A DNA stretch of 64,000 bases from an uncultured Sutterella sp. (GCA_945834535.1 CAMAHM010000002.1:14829-78828); one strand, 5' to 3'; numbered from the stretch's first letter, positions 51,019 through 60,336 are shown. Notes: generated by a model not told the origin, from the letters alone. Translations and numbers: made by a program.

Positions 51019-51642
51019 ATGGACGAACTTTCAACTTACGCTCTGATTACCCTCGTGACCTGCGCCACTCCCGGCGCAGCGGTTCTCAACACGCTCTCGT
51101 GCGCTCTGAACAGCACCTCCCGTCAGGCCTGGCGCGCGCCCCTCGGAAACGTGATCGGCATGCTGATCATGGGTGCCGTGACGGCTGCGGGTCTAGGCGG
51201 CATCATCGCCGCCAACGCCACGCTCTACGAAGGCCTGCGCCTGATCGGCGCTCTGCTTTTGGTGTGGTTCGGCGTCAAGAGCTGGAAGGCCGGCCGCATC
51301 AACGTCATGCATGCCGCCCGGGTGCACCACGCTGCCGACAAGGATCCGCACGTGATGCGCAACGCCGTTCTCCTGCAAGCCACCAATCCGATGCTGATCG
51401 TCTTTCTGATTTCGCTGCTGCCGCAGTTCCTGTCGGCCAACGATCCGCAGTACGTGCTGCACATGTCCGAACTCATCGGTGTCTTTGCGGCCATCTGCCT
51501 GTGCGTGCATCTGGCCTACAGCTACACGGCCGTCTTTGCCCGCAAAATGCTCTCGGGCCCGAATTTTTCCGTGTGGCTCAACCGCGTAAGCGCCATTCTC
51601 TTCTGGATGCTTGCAGCGGGTGTCGTGCGCTCGCTGTGCTGA
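51019..51642 (+). CDS. LysE/RhtB-family amino-acid exporter (copy 1)
   Basis: Trimmed to ATG 51019 (MDELSTYALITLVTCATPGAAVL...). 207 aa, about 6 TM, NPM motif (ATNPMLIVF). Confidence 0.85.
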   Translation: MDELSTYALITLVTCATPGAAVLNTLSCALNSTSRQAWRAPLGNVIGMLIMGAVTAAGLGGIIAANATLYEGLRLIGALLLVWFGVKSWKAGRINVMHAARVHHAADKDPHVMRNAVLLQATNPMLIVFLISLLPQFLSANDPQYVLHMSELIGVFAAICLCVHLAYSYTAVFARKMLSGPNFSVWLNRVSAILFWMLAAGVVRSLC

Positions 51643-51671
51643 CGCATCTTCACTATAGCTGTCCCATTGAG

Positions 51672-51701
51672 GGCCGACCGCTTCCGAGTCGGCCTTTTTT
51701 T
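51672..51701 (+). terminator. rho-independent terminator between the two LysE paralogues
   Basis: GGCCGAC-CGCTTCCGA-GTCGGCC followed by TTTTTTTG. Confidence 0.75.
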
Positions 51702-51741
51702 GTGGTGCGCCTACAATCAGACTGCAACCGACCTCTTTGCC

Positions 51742-52365
51742 ATGCAAGATCTCACCGCCTACATTCTCGTGACCTTTGTGACCTGCGCCACTCCGGGCGC
51801 GGGCGTGCTCTTCACGGTTTCAAGCGGCCTGAAAAGCACTCTGCGGCAAGCCTGGAGGGCACCTTTGGGCAATGCGCTCGGCTGCCTGATGATGAGTATC
51901 CTGACGGCAACGGGCATCGGCGGCATCATCACCGCCTCTGCCGTTCTTTACGACGGACTGCGCCTGGCGGGCGCCGCGGTTCTCGTCTGGCTTGGCATCA
52001 AAAGCTGGCGATCGGGGCGCATGGACATTATCGGTGCGGCGCAGGCGCGCGCTCAAAGTGAGCAGAGCGGGCACGTACTGCGCGACGCACTGCTGCTGCA
52101 GACAAGCAACCCGATGCTGTTTGTGTTTCTGCTCTCACTGCTGCCGCAGTTTCTGACGGCCGACGATCCGCAATACGCGCTACACATCTCGTGTCTCATT
52201 GCGATTTTCATCGCCATATGTTTTTTCGTGCATTTGGCCTACAGCTGCACAGCAGTTCTTGCACGGCGATTTCTGTCGGGACCGAACTTTTCCTTCTGGC
52301 TCAACCGCGTGAGCGCAACTCTCTTCTGGCTTCTTGCTGCGGGCGTCGTGCGCAGTCTCTTTTGA
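51742..52365 (+). CDS. LysE/RhtB-family amino-acid exporter (copy 2)
   Basis: Trimmed to ATG 51742 (MQDLTAYILVTFVTCATPGAGVL...). 207 aa, colinear with copy 1 along its whole length. Confidence 0.85.
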   Translation: MQDLTAYILVTFVTCATPGAGVLFTVSSGLKSTLRQAWRAPLGNALGCLMMSILTATGIGGIITASAVLYDGLRLAGAAVLVWLGIKSWRSGRMDIIGAAQARAQSEQSGHVLRDALLLQTSNPMLFVFLLSLLPQFLTADDPQYALHISCLIAIFIAICFFVHLAYSCTAVLARRFLSGPNFSFWLNRVSATLFWLLAAGVVRSLF

Positions 52366-52381
52366 GGTTTTCCATCTGCTC

Positions 52382-52421
52382 AAAAAAACAACAGGCCGCC
52401 CGAAAACTCTCAGGCAGCCTG
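52382..52421 (-). terminator. rho-independent terminator after the CorC/TlyC-family gene
   Basis: Minus strand: CAGGCTGCC-TGAGAGTTTTCG-GGCGGCCTG followed by TTGTTTTTTTG. Confidence 0.7.
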
Positions 52422-52446
52422 CGCTAAAGGCGTTTTGTAACGCGTC

Positions 52447-53778
52447 TTAGGAAGCGGGCGTTTCCGGTTTTTTCTCGCTTGCCGCCGCGGCAGCATTGTC
52501 GGCAATGCGGGTGACGAGCACCTGATCGATGCGGGCGCCCTCGACGTCCACCACTTCGAAGCGGTAGCCGGCGTAGTTGACGCGATCGGTCAGTTTGGGC
52601 ACGCGGCGCAGCATGTACATCATGAAGCCGGCCATGGTCTCATAGGTTTCTTCTTCAGGCATGCGTCGAATATCGAGCGTATTTTCCACGTCATCCACGG
52701 GCGTGGCGCCGTCAATAAGCCAGGAGCCGTCGTCGCGCTCAACGATCTGCAGATCGTCGACCGTGGGCACGTAGTCGCCCATGATGACCCAGAGAATGTC
52801 CTTGAGGGTGATTACGCCCACCGTGAGCGCGTATTCGTTGACGACGACCGCAAAGTCGGTCTTCTGCGCCTTAAACAGATCGAGCGTCTCCGACAGGGTC
52901 AGCGAATCGGGCACGGACAGAACCTGCTTGACCAGGCCGCTGTCGCGCAGCGAAAACTGCTTGCCGTCGGCATAGCGTCGGAGCAGCTCCTTGGCATCGA
53001 CGCAGCCGATCACCCGGTCGACCGTGCCGTCGCAGACGATGTACTTGTCGTGCGGGCTGTCCTTGACCTGCTGCGTGATCTGATCGTACGTGGACTTCAG
53101 ATTGAAGTACACAATGTTGTCGCGGGCGGTCATCGCTGAGGGCACAAGACGGCTTTCAAGATCCATCACGTTGGTGATGGCGGCCTGCTCCATGGGATCG
53201 AGGAGACCGGCGGCAACACCTGCCTCGACCGTGGCAACGATGTCTTCGTTGGTGATCTTTTCATTGGACTTGCCCGAGACGCCCAGCATCTTCATGATGA
53301 AGTTGCTGATGCCCGACAACACCCACACCAGAGGCTTAAAAATGGTGATGAAAAAGAGCATCGGCCGCACCATGGCCACGGCCATCTGTTCGGGCTTGCT
53401 CATGGCAACGAGCTTGGGGATGAGATCGGCAAAGATCACAAACAGCACCGTCACGAACACAAACGAACAGGTAAAGGAAACCGATGCGAGCATGTCGGGC
53501 GGCAGCACGGGGCGCAGGAGTTCGGCAAAGGCGTCCGTAAAGGCCGCCTCACCGACGATACCGCCCATGATGGCCACGGCGTTGATGCCAATCTGCACGA
53601 CCGAAAAGAAGGATCCCGGATTCTCTTTGAGTCCGAGCACCAGCTTGGCCCGCTTGTCGCCCTTTTCCAGCATACGGTTCAGGCGCAGCTTGCGCGACCC
53701 GGCCAGAGCGATTTCCGACATCGCAAAATAGGCTGCCGCCACGAGCAGCCCGGTGACCATCAATACGTTGACAAACAT
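52447..53778 (-). CDS. CNNM/HlyC/CorC-family transporter (DUF21 TM domain + CBS pair + CorC_HlyC)
   Basis: 443 aa with an N-terminal 4-TM DUF21 domain (SEIALAGSRKLRL). The CBS region and C-terminal transporter-associated domain follow (...RFEVVDVEGARIDQVLV). Confidence 0.88.
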   Translation of the reverse strand: MFVNVLMVTGLLVAAAYFAMSEIALAGSRKLRLNRMLEKGDKRAKLVLGLKENPGSFFSVVQIGINAVAIMGGIVGEAAFTDAFAELLRPVLPPDMLASVSFTCSFVFVTVLFVIFADLIPKLVAMSKPEQMAVAMVRPMLFFITIFKPLVWVLSGISNFIMKMLGVSGKSNEKITNEDIVATVEAGVAAGLLDPMEQAAITNVMDLESRLVPSAMTARDNIVYFNLKSTYDQITQQVKDSPHDKYIVCDGTVDRVIGCVDAKELLRRYADGKQFSLRDSGLVKQVLSVPDSLTLSETLDLFKAQKTDFAVVVNEYALTVGVITLKDILWVIMGDYVPTVDDLQIVERDDGSWLIDGATPVDDVENTLDIRRMPEEETYETMAGFMMYMLRRVPKLTDRVNYAGYRFEVVDVEGARIDQVLVTRIADNAAAAASEKKPETPAS

Positions 53779-54094
53779 GCTTTTTGCTCCCCACTCCTTC
53801 TGTCTTTGTGCGCCGCTCTATTGCTGACGGATCAAGGCGCGGCCCCGACCCTGCGGCGTTGTCGTGTTGCGCTGATTTTCCAAGGAGTTTTTTCTTGTTT
53901 TTTCAGTCTCTCGGCCGCACCCTCAGGCGGCACAATACACCCCAACCGTAATTATCTCATTGATAGTGCTGCAAATTCAAGTTGCACAATTTGGAATGCA
54001 AGCACGTGAAACGGGCAAAAAGATGCCATGTTCAGGCAACTCGGCAGCCCCAAAAAAGCCCATAATGGTGCATCCTGTTTGATGGGGAATAGCC

Positions 54095-54664
54095 ATGCAC
54101 AACTTTGAAAGCGTTTCGTTGGACAAGGCCTATCGGCTCTTTAATCTGGGCGCCACCACTTTGGTATCGGCCGCGCACGAGGGGCAATCGGATGTGATGC
54201 CCGCTGCCTGGGCGTGCCCATTGGATCTGTCGCCCTGCAAGGCTACGGTTGTCGTTGATAAAAGTCACTACACGCGTCAGCTCATTGAAAAGAGCGGTTT
54301 TTTTGCTCTTTTGCTTCCCGGCGCAGGCATTGTGCGTGAGACGTTGGCTCTGGGCTCGATGTCGCGCAACGACGTCGATGACAAGCTCACCCGATCGGGC
54401 GCCGAATTTTCAAACATTGAGGGCTACCCCATGCCTTTTGTGCAAGGGTCCGTCGCCTGTGCCGTTTTCCGCGTCCTCTCCGAGCCCCACAACGAGAGCG
54501 CCTACGATCTTTTTATCGGCGAGTGCGTCGCCGCCTGGGCCGATCCGCGCGTCTTCACGAACGGTCACTGGCATTTTGAGAGCGCTCCCGAAGCTCTTCG
54601 CACGCTGCACTACGTTGCCGGCGGCACCTTCTACGCCATCGGCGAGAAGATCGAAGTCGCCTAA
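54095..54664 (+). CDS. flavin reductase-like FMN-binding split-barrel protein
   Basis: 189 aa. LGATTLVSAAHEGQSDVMPAAW... is typical of the Flavin_Reduct domain. Confidence 0.8.
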   Translation: MHNFESVSLDKAYRLFNLGATTLVSAAHEGQSDVMPAAWACPLDLSPCKATVVVDKSHYTRQLIEKSGFFALLLPGAGIVRETLALGSMSRNDVDDKLTRSGAEFSNIEGYPMPFVQGSVACAVFRVLSEPHNESAYDLFIGECVAAWADPRVFTNGHWHFESAPEALRTLHYVAGGTFYAIGEKIEVA

Positions 54665-54681
54665 AAGGCTCTTGAAAATCT

Positions 54682-54724
54682 AAAAAAAGCGCACGGCCCC
54701 TTTTTGCGGAACGTGCGCTTTTTT
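54682..54724. terminator. bidirectional terminator (flavin reductase / PsiE-like, convergent)
   Basis: AAAAAAA-GCGCACG-(16-nt loop)-CGTGCGC-TTTTTT. Confidence 0.65.
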
Positions 54725-54741
54725 CGTTATCGGCGGACCAT

Positions 54742-55191
54742 TCAGTCCTTGGGCGGCTCGCTCTTGGCGGACTCAGGCGTCAGAAGCTTGCCGTCCTTTT
54801 TGCGCCAGCGCCACAGACACAGTGCACCGACAAGCACGAAGATGGACCCCGCGTACATCAGCTGGTGCGAAGCGTTGTGGTCCGAACTCATCACCATGTA
54901 GCGGCCGATCGCCACGACGGCAATCGCAATCGGCATGGCGATGGTGAGTTCATGATCACTGTGCATGGCCGCACGCGCCATCACCAGAACTTCGACGTAC
55001 AAAAAGAGCATCAGCAGATCGCCCAGCGAAGCCGTGCGGGTAAAGACCATGGCCATCATTTCGGTCACGAAGCAGTAGGCCACCACCACCGAAATCGCCA
55101 TGAGGCCGAGAAACTGCGCCCAGACAAAGAGCTGATCCGTCAGTTTGAGAACATTGGAAATGACACCGCTTTGGTGCGCATCGTTGTGCAT
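54742..55191 (-). CDS. PsiE-family (phosphate-starvation-inducible E-like) membrane protein
   Basis: 149 aa, 4 TM. The pattern FLYVEVLVMA...AIAVVAIGRYMVMSSDH...LMYAGSIFVLVGALCLW parallels E. coli PsiE (FLYFEFIALI...ITAIVRLIIVDH...LIYSAAILLLVITLWL). Called from memory. Confidence 0.55.
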   Translation of the reverse strand: MHNDAHQSGVISNVLKLTDQLFVWAQFLGLMAISVVVAYCFVTEMMAMVFTRTASLGDLLMLFLYVEVLVMARAAMHSDHELTIAMPIAIAVVAIGRYMVMSSDHNASHQLMYAGSIFVLVGALCLWRWRKKDGKLLTPESAKSEPPKD

Positions 55192-55241
55192 TAAGTCTCC
55201 CTTGTGAGTAAAAATTTGGAGTCGATTATGGCAAAAAACAC

Positions 55242-55745
55242 TTAATCGAGCATGGCCGCCAGACCGCAGAGCGCGTGAAGAACGGTCGCCTCGCGCACGG
55301 CCCGTCGGTCGCCGTCGAAATGCTGCGTTTCTGTCGAGGCCGACACCCTGTCGCCCTCACGGCGGGCAAAACCGAAGCACACTGTTCCTACGGGCTTGCC
55401 GGGCACGGCTCCGGCGGGGCCGGCAATACCGGAAACGGCCACGGCGTGCGTGGCGTTGCTGCGCTCGAGCGCTCCGACAGCGAGCTCTTTTGCAGTCTGC
55501 TCGCTCACGGCGCCGAACCTGCGCAGTGTCTCACCGCTCACGCCGAGCATCTCCCGTTTGGCTTCATTGGTGTAGACCACAAAGCCCCGATCGACCCAGG
55601 CGCTAGAACCGGGCACCTGCGTCAGGGCATAGGCTACGCCTCCCGCCGTACAGCTTTCTGCCGTCGCAAATACCGCGCCGCGCGCGAGCGCAAGTCGCCC
55701 CGCCTTCTCAGCGGCCGAGGCAATCAGATTTTCAAGGTCGTTCAT
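55242..55745 (-). CDS. pncC: CinA C-terminal-domain protein / nicotinamide-nucleotide amidohydrolase
   Basis: Trimmed to ATG 55745, which forms an ATGA overlap with the pgpA stop. ATAESCTAGG motif; 167 aa. Confidence 0.85.
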   Translation of the reverse strand: MNDLENLIASAAEKAGRLALARGAVFATAESCTAGGVAYALTQVPGSSAWVDRGFVVYTNEAKREMLGVSGETLRRFGAVSEQTAKELAVGALERSNATHAVAVSGIAGPAGAVPGKPVGTVCFGFARREGDRVSASTETQHFDGDRRAVREATVLHALCGLAAMLD

Positions 55746-56308
55746 CCAAAAATTCCCGCAATTGAAGCCGCCGAACCGAAAAAGCGGACTGCCGCCCAAT
55801 CAAGAGCAAGAATCGCCGCCACGGCCCAGACGGCCGCCAAAAGGTCGTCGAGCATCACCCCGAGCCCCGAATGCATGTGGTTGTCGATCCAGGCCGCGGG
55901 CGGGAGCTTGACGATGTCGAACACGCGAAAGGCGGCAAAACTGAGCGCCCAGCAAAGAGGCGTCTGCGGAAAGCACAGGCACACCAGCCACACGGCCACG
56001 ACTTCGTCGATGACGATACAGCCCGCGTCCTGCACTCCCAGGTCGCGCCCGGTCTTTTCGCTTGCCCAAACGCCGGCAACGAACGTCACCAGAATGAGCG
56101 CCACCAGCGCCCGCCAGTCGAGCCACTGCACGAGGGCCGCCCAGACAAGGACGCCGGCTGCCGTACCCCAGGTGCCCGGACCGGGGCGCATGACGCCCGC
56201 GCCGAAAAAGAGCGCCAGCGCATGCGCCGGGTGTGAAAACACAAACCGCAGGGTGGGTCGAATCCGATAGGCCGGATTGGCCGCACTGTATTTATGCATC
56301 CATCCCAT
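55742..56308 (-). CDS. pgpA: phosphatidylglycerophosphatase A
   Basis: 188 aa with GPGTWGT and VIDEVVAVW motifs. Conserved thiL-pgpA adjacency. Confidence 0.9.
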   Translation of the reverse strand: MGWMHKYSAANPAYRIRPTLRFVFSHPAHALALFFGAGVMRPGPGTWGTAAGVLVWAALVQWLDWRALVALILVTFVAGVWASEKTGRDLGVQDAGCIVIDEVVAVWLVCLCFPQTPLCWALSFAAFRVFDIVKLPPAAWIDNHMHSGLGVMLDDLLAAVWAVAAILALDWAAVRFFGSAASIAGIFG

Positions 56309-56332
56309 GGTCGGGCTCCTTTCCGTGGTGCA

Positions 56333-57340
56333 TCAGGATTCGGCAAAGTGGTCAAAACCGCTCTTGGGCAGGCAAAGCACTTCACCGCGCGCGTCGCAGA
56401 TCGTCAGGCGCACGTCGTCTTCGGGTGACTTGGGCACGATGGTACCGATGCGCGCGACGTTCGTCAGACTGGAAATGGCGGCCTGCTCGATGAGACCGCG
56501 CTTGTCGGCGGGCGCCGTAAAAACAAGCTCATAGTCGTCGCCCCCCGTCATGGCCGCTTCAATTCGCTGCGGCTGCGCAAGAGCGGCAAGCGCCGGATGC
56601 ACCGGCACATTGTCCCAAAGCACGTCGGCTGACACGTCGCTGCGCTCGAGAATGTGCCCGAGGTCCTGTGCAAGGCCGTCGGAGATGTCCGCACATGCCG
56701 TGGCCGACGCCAAAAGGGCCGTGCCGAGGGCGTTGCGTGCCTGCGGGCGATCCATGCGTTCGGCCGCCGACGCAAAATACTCGGGCGGAAGCGTCCACTT
56801 GCCCCAACGGTGCATCAGGGCCGCGTAGGCCCCGCCAACCGTCCCCGACACCCAAATATCGTCCCCCGGGCGGGCCCCCGAGCGCGTGAGCCCCATCTGC
56901 TGCGGCAGATCTCCCATGGCGGTGATCGAGATCGTCACCGGCGCGTGTGCTTCACCCACCTGCGCCGTGCGGGTCGTATCTCCCCCCAAAAGAGGACATT
57001 GGCTTTGAACGGACAGCTCCATCAGACCTCGCGTAAAGCCCGCAAGCCAGGCGTCGTCCCTTTCAGGCAGAGCAATCGAGAGAAAAAAGGCACGCGGCAC
57101 GGCGCCGGCTGCCGCCAGATCCGACAGGTTCACTGCGAGGGCCTTGTAGCCGACGTCCTCGGGGCGTGCATTGGGCAGAAAATGCGTCCCGATGGCCATC
57201 ATGTCGCACGTGACGGCAATGCGTCCCGCGGGCAGATCGATGATGGCGCAGTCGTCTCCCACACCCTTGCTCTTCCAAGCGCCGAACGTTTCGTGCGTGA
57301 AATAGCGTTCAATGATTTGAAATTCACCTCTCTGAGCCAT
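56333..57340 (-). CDS. thiL: thiamine-monophosphate kinase
   Basis: Trimmed to ATG 57340 (MAQRGEFQIIERYF...GVGDDCAII). AIR-synthase-like fold; 335 aa. Confidence 0.9.
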   Translation of the reverse strand: MAQRGEFQIIERYFTHETFGAWKSKGVGDDCAIIDLPAGRIAVTCDMMAIGTHFLPNARPEDVGYKALAVNLSDLAAAGAVPRAFFLSIALPERDDAWLAGFTRGLMELSVQSQCPLLGGDTTRTAQVGEAHAPVTISITAMGDLPQQMGLTRSGARPGDDIWVSGTVGGAYAALMHRWGKWTLPPEYFASAAERMDRPQARNALGTALLASATACADISDGLAQDLGHILERSDVSADVLWDNVPVHPALAALAQPQRIEAAMTGGDDYELVFTAPADKRGLIEQAAISSLTNVARIGTIVPKSPEDDVRLTICDARGEVLCLPKSGFDHFAES

Positions 57341-57467
57341 AGCTTCACTTCCTGCAAAAAAAGCGTGCGCATCCGCCGCCCTTTCTCGGGTGCATCCGGT
57401 GCGTCGCTCAGGCGAGTTTAGTCGCCGCCCGCGCCCGCGAACAATGATGCAGCGGAAAATTTGCAAC

Positions 57468-57546
57468 AAAAAAAGGCAGACGGCACGCGGCGCAGTTTCC
57501 TGCGTCTGCGTGCAGACTGCCTCGGACGGGAAGAACTCTTCCCGTC
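57468..57546 (-). terminator. tandem hairpins plus T7 run between nusB and thiL
   Basis: Minus strand, 14 nt after the nusB stop: GACGGGAAGA-GT-TCTTCCCGTC. It is followed by an imperfect GGCAGTC...GTCTGCC stem and TTTTTTTG. Confidence 0.6.
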
Positions 57547-57559
57547 GACGCATCGAGCG

Positions 57560-58048
57560 TCACTGCTTACGGGAAGCAACCTCCGCGGGACGCACCTCGG
57601 CGGCCACCTTGTCGAGCACGCCGTTGACGATCTTGTAGCCGAGGTCAGCGCCGAACTGCTTGGACAATTCCACCGCCTCGTTGATGACGACACGATAGGG
57701 ATTTTCAAGGCAGTGCTTGAGTTCCCAGGTGCCGATCATCAGGCAGGCACGCTCCACGACGGACATGCGGGAGATATCGCGCGTCAGGTACTTGCTCAAA
57801 ATCGCTTCGATTTCTTCGCGCTCCTCAATCACGCCGGACAGAATGGCCGAGTAGAGCTGGCGGTCGCAGGCTTCAAAGTCTTCGGCCGTCAGGTTGCAGT
57901 CCGCCACGGGCTGTCCCTCGTCGGTGATCACGCTCAGAAGATTGGCGTCGATCTGCGCAAAATCGGCCTGCGGATTGGCAATGGCTTCGTAGATACCGAG
58001 CAGCGCAAACTCACGGGCCTTGCGGCGGTTGCAGGGCTTCTCACTCAT
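57560..58048 (-). CDS. nusB: transcription antitermination factor NusB
   Basis: [14 protein letters not shown]... ATG 58048 (GAGGA 5 nt upstream, 8-nt overlap with the ribH end) preferred. The track's ATG 58066 is also possible. Confidence 0.92.
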   Translation of the reverse strand: MSEKPCNRRKAREFALLGIYEAIANPQADFAQIDANLLSVITDEGQPVADCNLTAEDFEACDRQLYSAILSGVIEEREEIEAILSKYLTRDISRMSVVERACLMIGTWELKHCLENPYRVVINEAVELSKQFGADLGYKIVNGVLDKVAAEVRPAEVASRKQ

Positions 58049-58535
58049 TGTCGTCCTCGTCGACATATTCGCTCACGGCGGGGAATTCAGCAGCCAGATT
58101 GGCCATTTCGACGGCGCAGCGTGCGCAGTCCTTGCCCTTCATGGCGGTACGGGCCTTGCACTGTTCGTCGTTTTCGGTCGTCAGCACGCCGTTGGCAACG
58201 GGAATGTCGTACATCTCGGCGATTTCCGCGATGCGGGCGGCCGACGTGTTGGACACGATTTCAAAGTGATAGGTTTCACCGCGAATGACGGCGCCCAGAG
58301 CGATGAGAGCGTCGTACTCGGCGGTTTCGGCCAGACGGGCCAGAGCAAACGGGATTTCCAGCGCCCCCGGCACCGACACCATCGTGATGTCTTCTTCTTC
58401 AACGCCGAGTTCCTTGAGTTCATTGAGGCAGGCTTCAAACTCTTCCTTGCCGGCGTATTCGTTAAAGCGCGAAACCACCACGCCGATACGCAGGCCGGAA
58501 CCGTCGAGGCTGCCCACAATCGTATCGATTGCCAT
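58041..58535 (-). CDS. ribH: 6,7-dimethyl-8-ribityllumazine synthase
   Basis: Trimmed to ATG 58535 (AGGAG RBS): [26 protein letters not shown]...[10 protein letters not shown]...[12 protein letters not shown]. Confidence 0.93.
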   Translation of the reverse strand: MAIDTIVGSLDGSGLRIGVVVSRFNEYAGKEEFEACLNELKELGVEEEDITMVSVPGALEIPFALARLAETAEYDALIALGAVIRGETYHFEIVSNTSAARIAEIAEMYDIPVANGVLTTENDEQCKARTAMKGKDCARCAVEMANLAAEFPAVSEYVDEDDNE

Positions 58536-58786
58536 GATTACTACTCCTATGTCCTTGGGATGGCTCCATCCCACAATTTCAAAAGCAACACTCCGTCCTG
58601 CTCCCCGACGGGCAGCAAAACGGTCATTAATGACGCAAAGAGTCCCGCACGGCCTGATGGCCGCACGCGGATCGTGCGCCAATTGTACTGACTGACGGGA
58701 AAAATAGCTTGTCAGTCGCCCGTCAGCTCCCATGCTCGGGCCGCTAAAATGACTTCCCGTTGTCTGTTTTCTTTTTCAGGACTGTT

Positions 58787-59269
58787 ATGCCCGTTGATTA
58801 CGAATTTCTCATCGCCTGGTGCTGTCTGGGCTTTTCCCTCATCTATCTGGGCATTCAGTGCTTTCGACTGCTCTGGCCCGTCTGGTCGATGAAGCTCGAC
58901 CGCAATCACCGAGCCACGCACGAGCGCTTTGCCAAAAACACGATCGGACTTACGGAAAAAAGCGTGGAGACGGCCGTGACGAGCCAGGCGTGCTTTAACC
59001 GTCTCTTTAAGGACGAAGACCTTACGAGCGACGAAAAACTCGCCAAGAAGAAGCTGCAGTTCTGGATGTTCTTTACTGCGGGCACCGTAGCACTGCTCTA
59101 CTTCGTGCGTTTTTACCCGGGCATTCCGCCCGAGGCGAGCAACTACGCACTCGACGCGGTCATCATCGCGCTGGGCACGGTCTTCGGCGCCCTTGCGGAC
59201 TACCGCATCAGCCGCTCGGCCGAATACGTTGCAAAGGCCCTTGAGGCGCAAACTTCCAAGGCCGACTAA
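58787..59269 (+). CDS. hypothetical small membrane protein (no family recognised)
   Basis: ATG 58787 (the track starts at TTG 58760): MPVDYEFLIAWCCLGFSLIYLGIQCF... About 3 hydrophobic helices with K/E-rich linkers, and coding-like composition. The competing minus-strand ORF 58712-59332 is Arg-rich and shadow-like. Function unknown. Confidence 0.5.
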   Translation: MPVDYEFLIAWCCLGFSLIYLGIQCFRLLWPVWSMKLDRNHRATHERFAKNTIGLTEKSVETAVTSQACFNRLFKDEDLTSDEKLAKKKLQFWMFFTAGTVALLYFVRFYPGIPPEASNYALDAVIIALGTVFGALADYRISRSAEYVAKALEAQTSKAD

Positions 59270-60336
59270 AACACCGGCCAATAGGGCACGGGGACCTGCA
59301 CGGCCTCGTGCAGAACGTTGGCGGCCATCCAACCCCAGTTGGGATTGCGGATCATTTCGCGCCCGATCCCCACACCATCGGCATCACCGCCCTCGAGAAC
59401 GGCTTCAGCCTGCATCGGATCGGTGATGCAGCCGACGGCATAACTCACGAGCCCCGTTTCACTGCGAATGCGCCGCGCGCGTCCGGCATGCGCCGCCACA
59501 CTCGGTTCGGGAAGCCTTTGCTCGGGCGTCAGGCCTCCGGGCGACGCCTCGGCCGCCGTCAGCCCCAAAGCGCGGGCTTCTTTTAAAAGCGCTACGGCAT
59601 CGTCCATGGTCCAGCCGCCCGGCACGCCGTCTCCGGCCGAAACTCGCATCATCACGGGCATTTCGGGCACAGCTCCCAAAACAGCCTTGAGAACTTCGAG
59701 CACAAAGCGTCGGCGGCCTGCCGCATCTTTCCCCCAGGCGTCCGTACGACGGTTGGTCACGGGTGACAAAAACTGGTGCAGCAGGTAGCCGTGTGCAGCG
59801 TGCAGCACCAATCCGTCAAAGCCCGCAGCCCCGGCCCTGCGGGCAGCCTGCGCAAACGCTGTGATGATTCCGAAAATTTCTTCTTCAGTAAGGGCCCTTG
59901 CCTCGGGGTAAGAGTCGTCATAGCGCGAGGCGCTCGGCGCAACGAGTGCAAAGCCTCCTTCATCGCCGGCAGCCGTGCCGCGGCCCAGAGCCGGATCCCG
60001 ACGCCCGCCCTTGCGGCCTGCGTGCGAGAGCTCAAGAAAAATTTTCGTTTCGGGCGCTACGCTCTTACATGAAGCCACAAGCCGGGCAAGCCCCTCCTGC
60101 TGAGCGTCGTCGGTGAGCGCCAGACAGCGGGTCGTAATGCGTCCGTTCATCTGCACCGCGGTTGCCTCGACCATGACAAGGCCCGCCCCCGAGCAGGCCA
60201 TTTTGGCGTAATGCATGGAGTGCCAAGCCTGGGGCAGTCCCCCGTCGGCACGGCACTGGCACATCGGCGGCACGGCAATGCGGTTGGGGACGGTAATTTT
60301 CCCCAACGCAAGCGGCTCAAACAAACGGGCGCTCAT
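59266..60336 (-). CDS. NADH:flavin oxidoreductase (Old Yellow Enzyme family)
   Basis: Trimmed to ATG 60336, 4 nt after the ribE stop. MSARLFEPLALGKITVPNRIAVPPM and HAAHGYLLHQFLSP motifs; 356 aa. Confidence 0.88.
   Translation of the reverse strand: MSARLFEPLALGKITVPNRIAVPPMCQCRADGGLPQAWHSMHYAKMACSGAGLVMVEATAVQMNGRITTRCLALTDDAQQEGLARLVASCKSVAPETKIFLELSHAGRKGGRRDPALGRGTAAGDEGGFALVAPSASRYDDSYPEARALTEEEIFGIITAFAQAARRAGAAGFDGLVLHAAHGYLLHQFLSPVTNRRTDAWGKDAAGRRRFVLEVLKAVLGAVPEMPVMMRVSAGDGVPGGWTMDDAVALLKEARALGLTAAEASPGGLTPEQRLPEPSVAAHAGRARRIRSETGLVSYAVGCITDPMQAEAVLEGGDADGVGIGREMIRNPNWGWMAANVLHEAVQVPVPYWPVF

Noticed and set aside
56250-56275. tRNA-like T-loop string GGGTCGAATCC.
   Set aside because: It lies inside the pgpA coding sequence. 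No matching T-stem, acceptor stem or anticodon arm can be built around it.
58536-58720. FMN (RFN) riboswitch call upstream of ribH.
   Set aside because: None of the conserved RFN core strings is present on either strand. The hairpins are reported as a low-interest finding instead.
58712-59332. 206-aa minus-strand ORF overlapping the small plus-strand membrane ORF.
   Set aside because: Its translation is Arg/Gly/Ala-rich with no hydrophobic core or motif. It would also overlap the OYE 3' end. The plus-strand frame has helix-like hydrophobic segments, so it was preferred, though only at 0.5 confidence.
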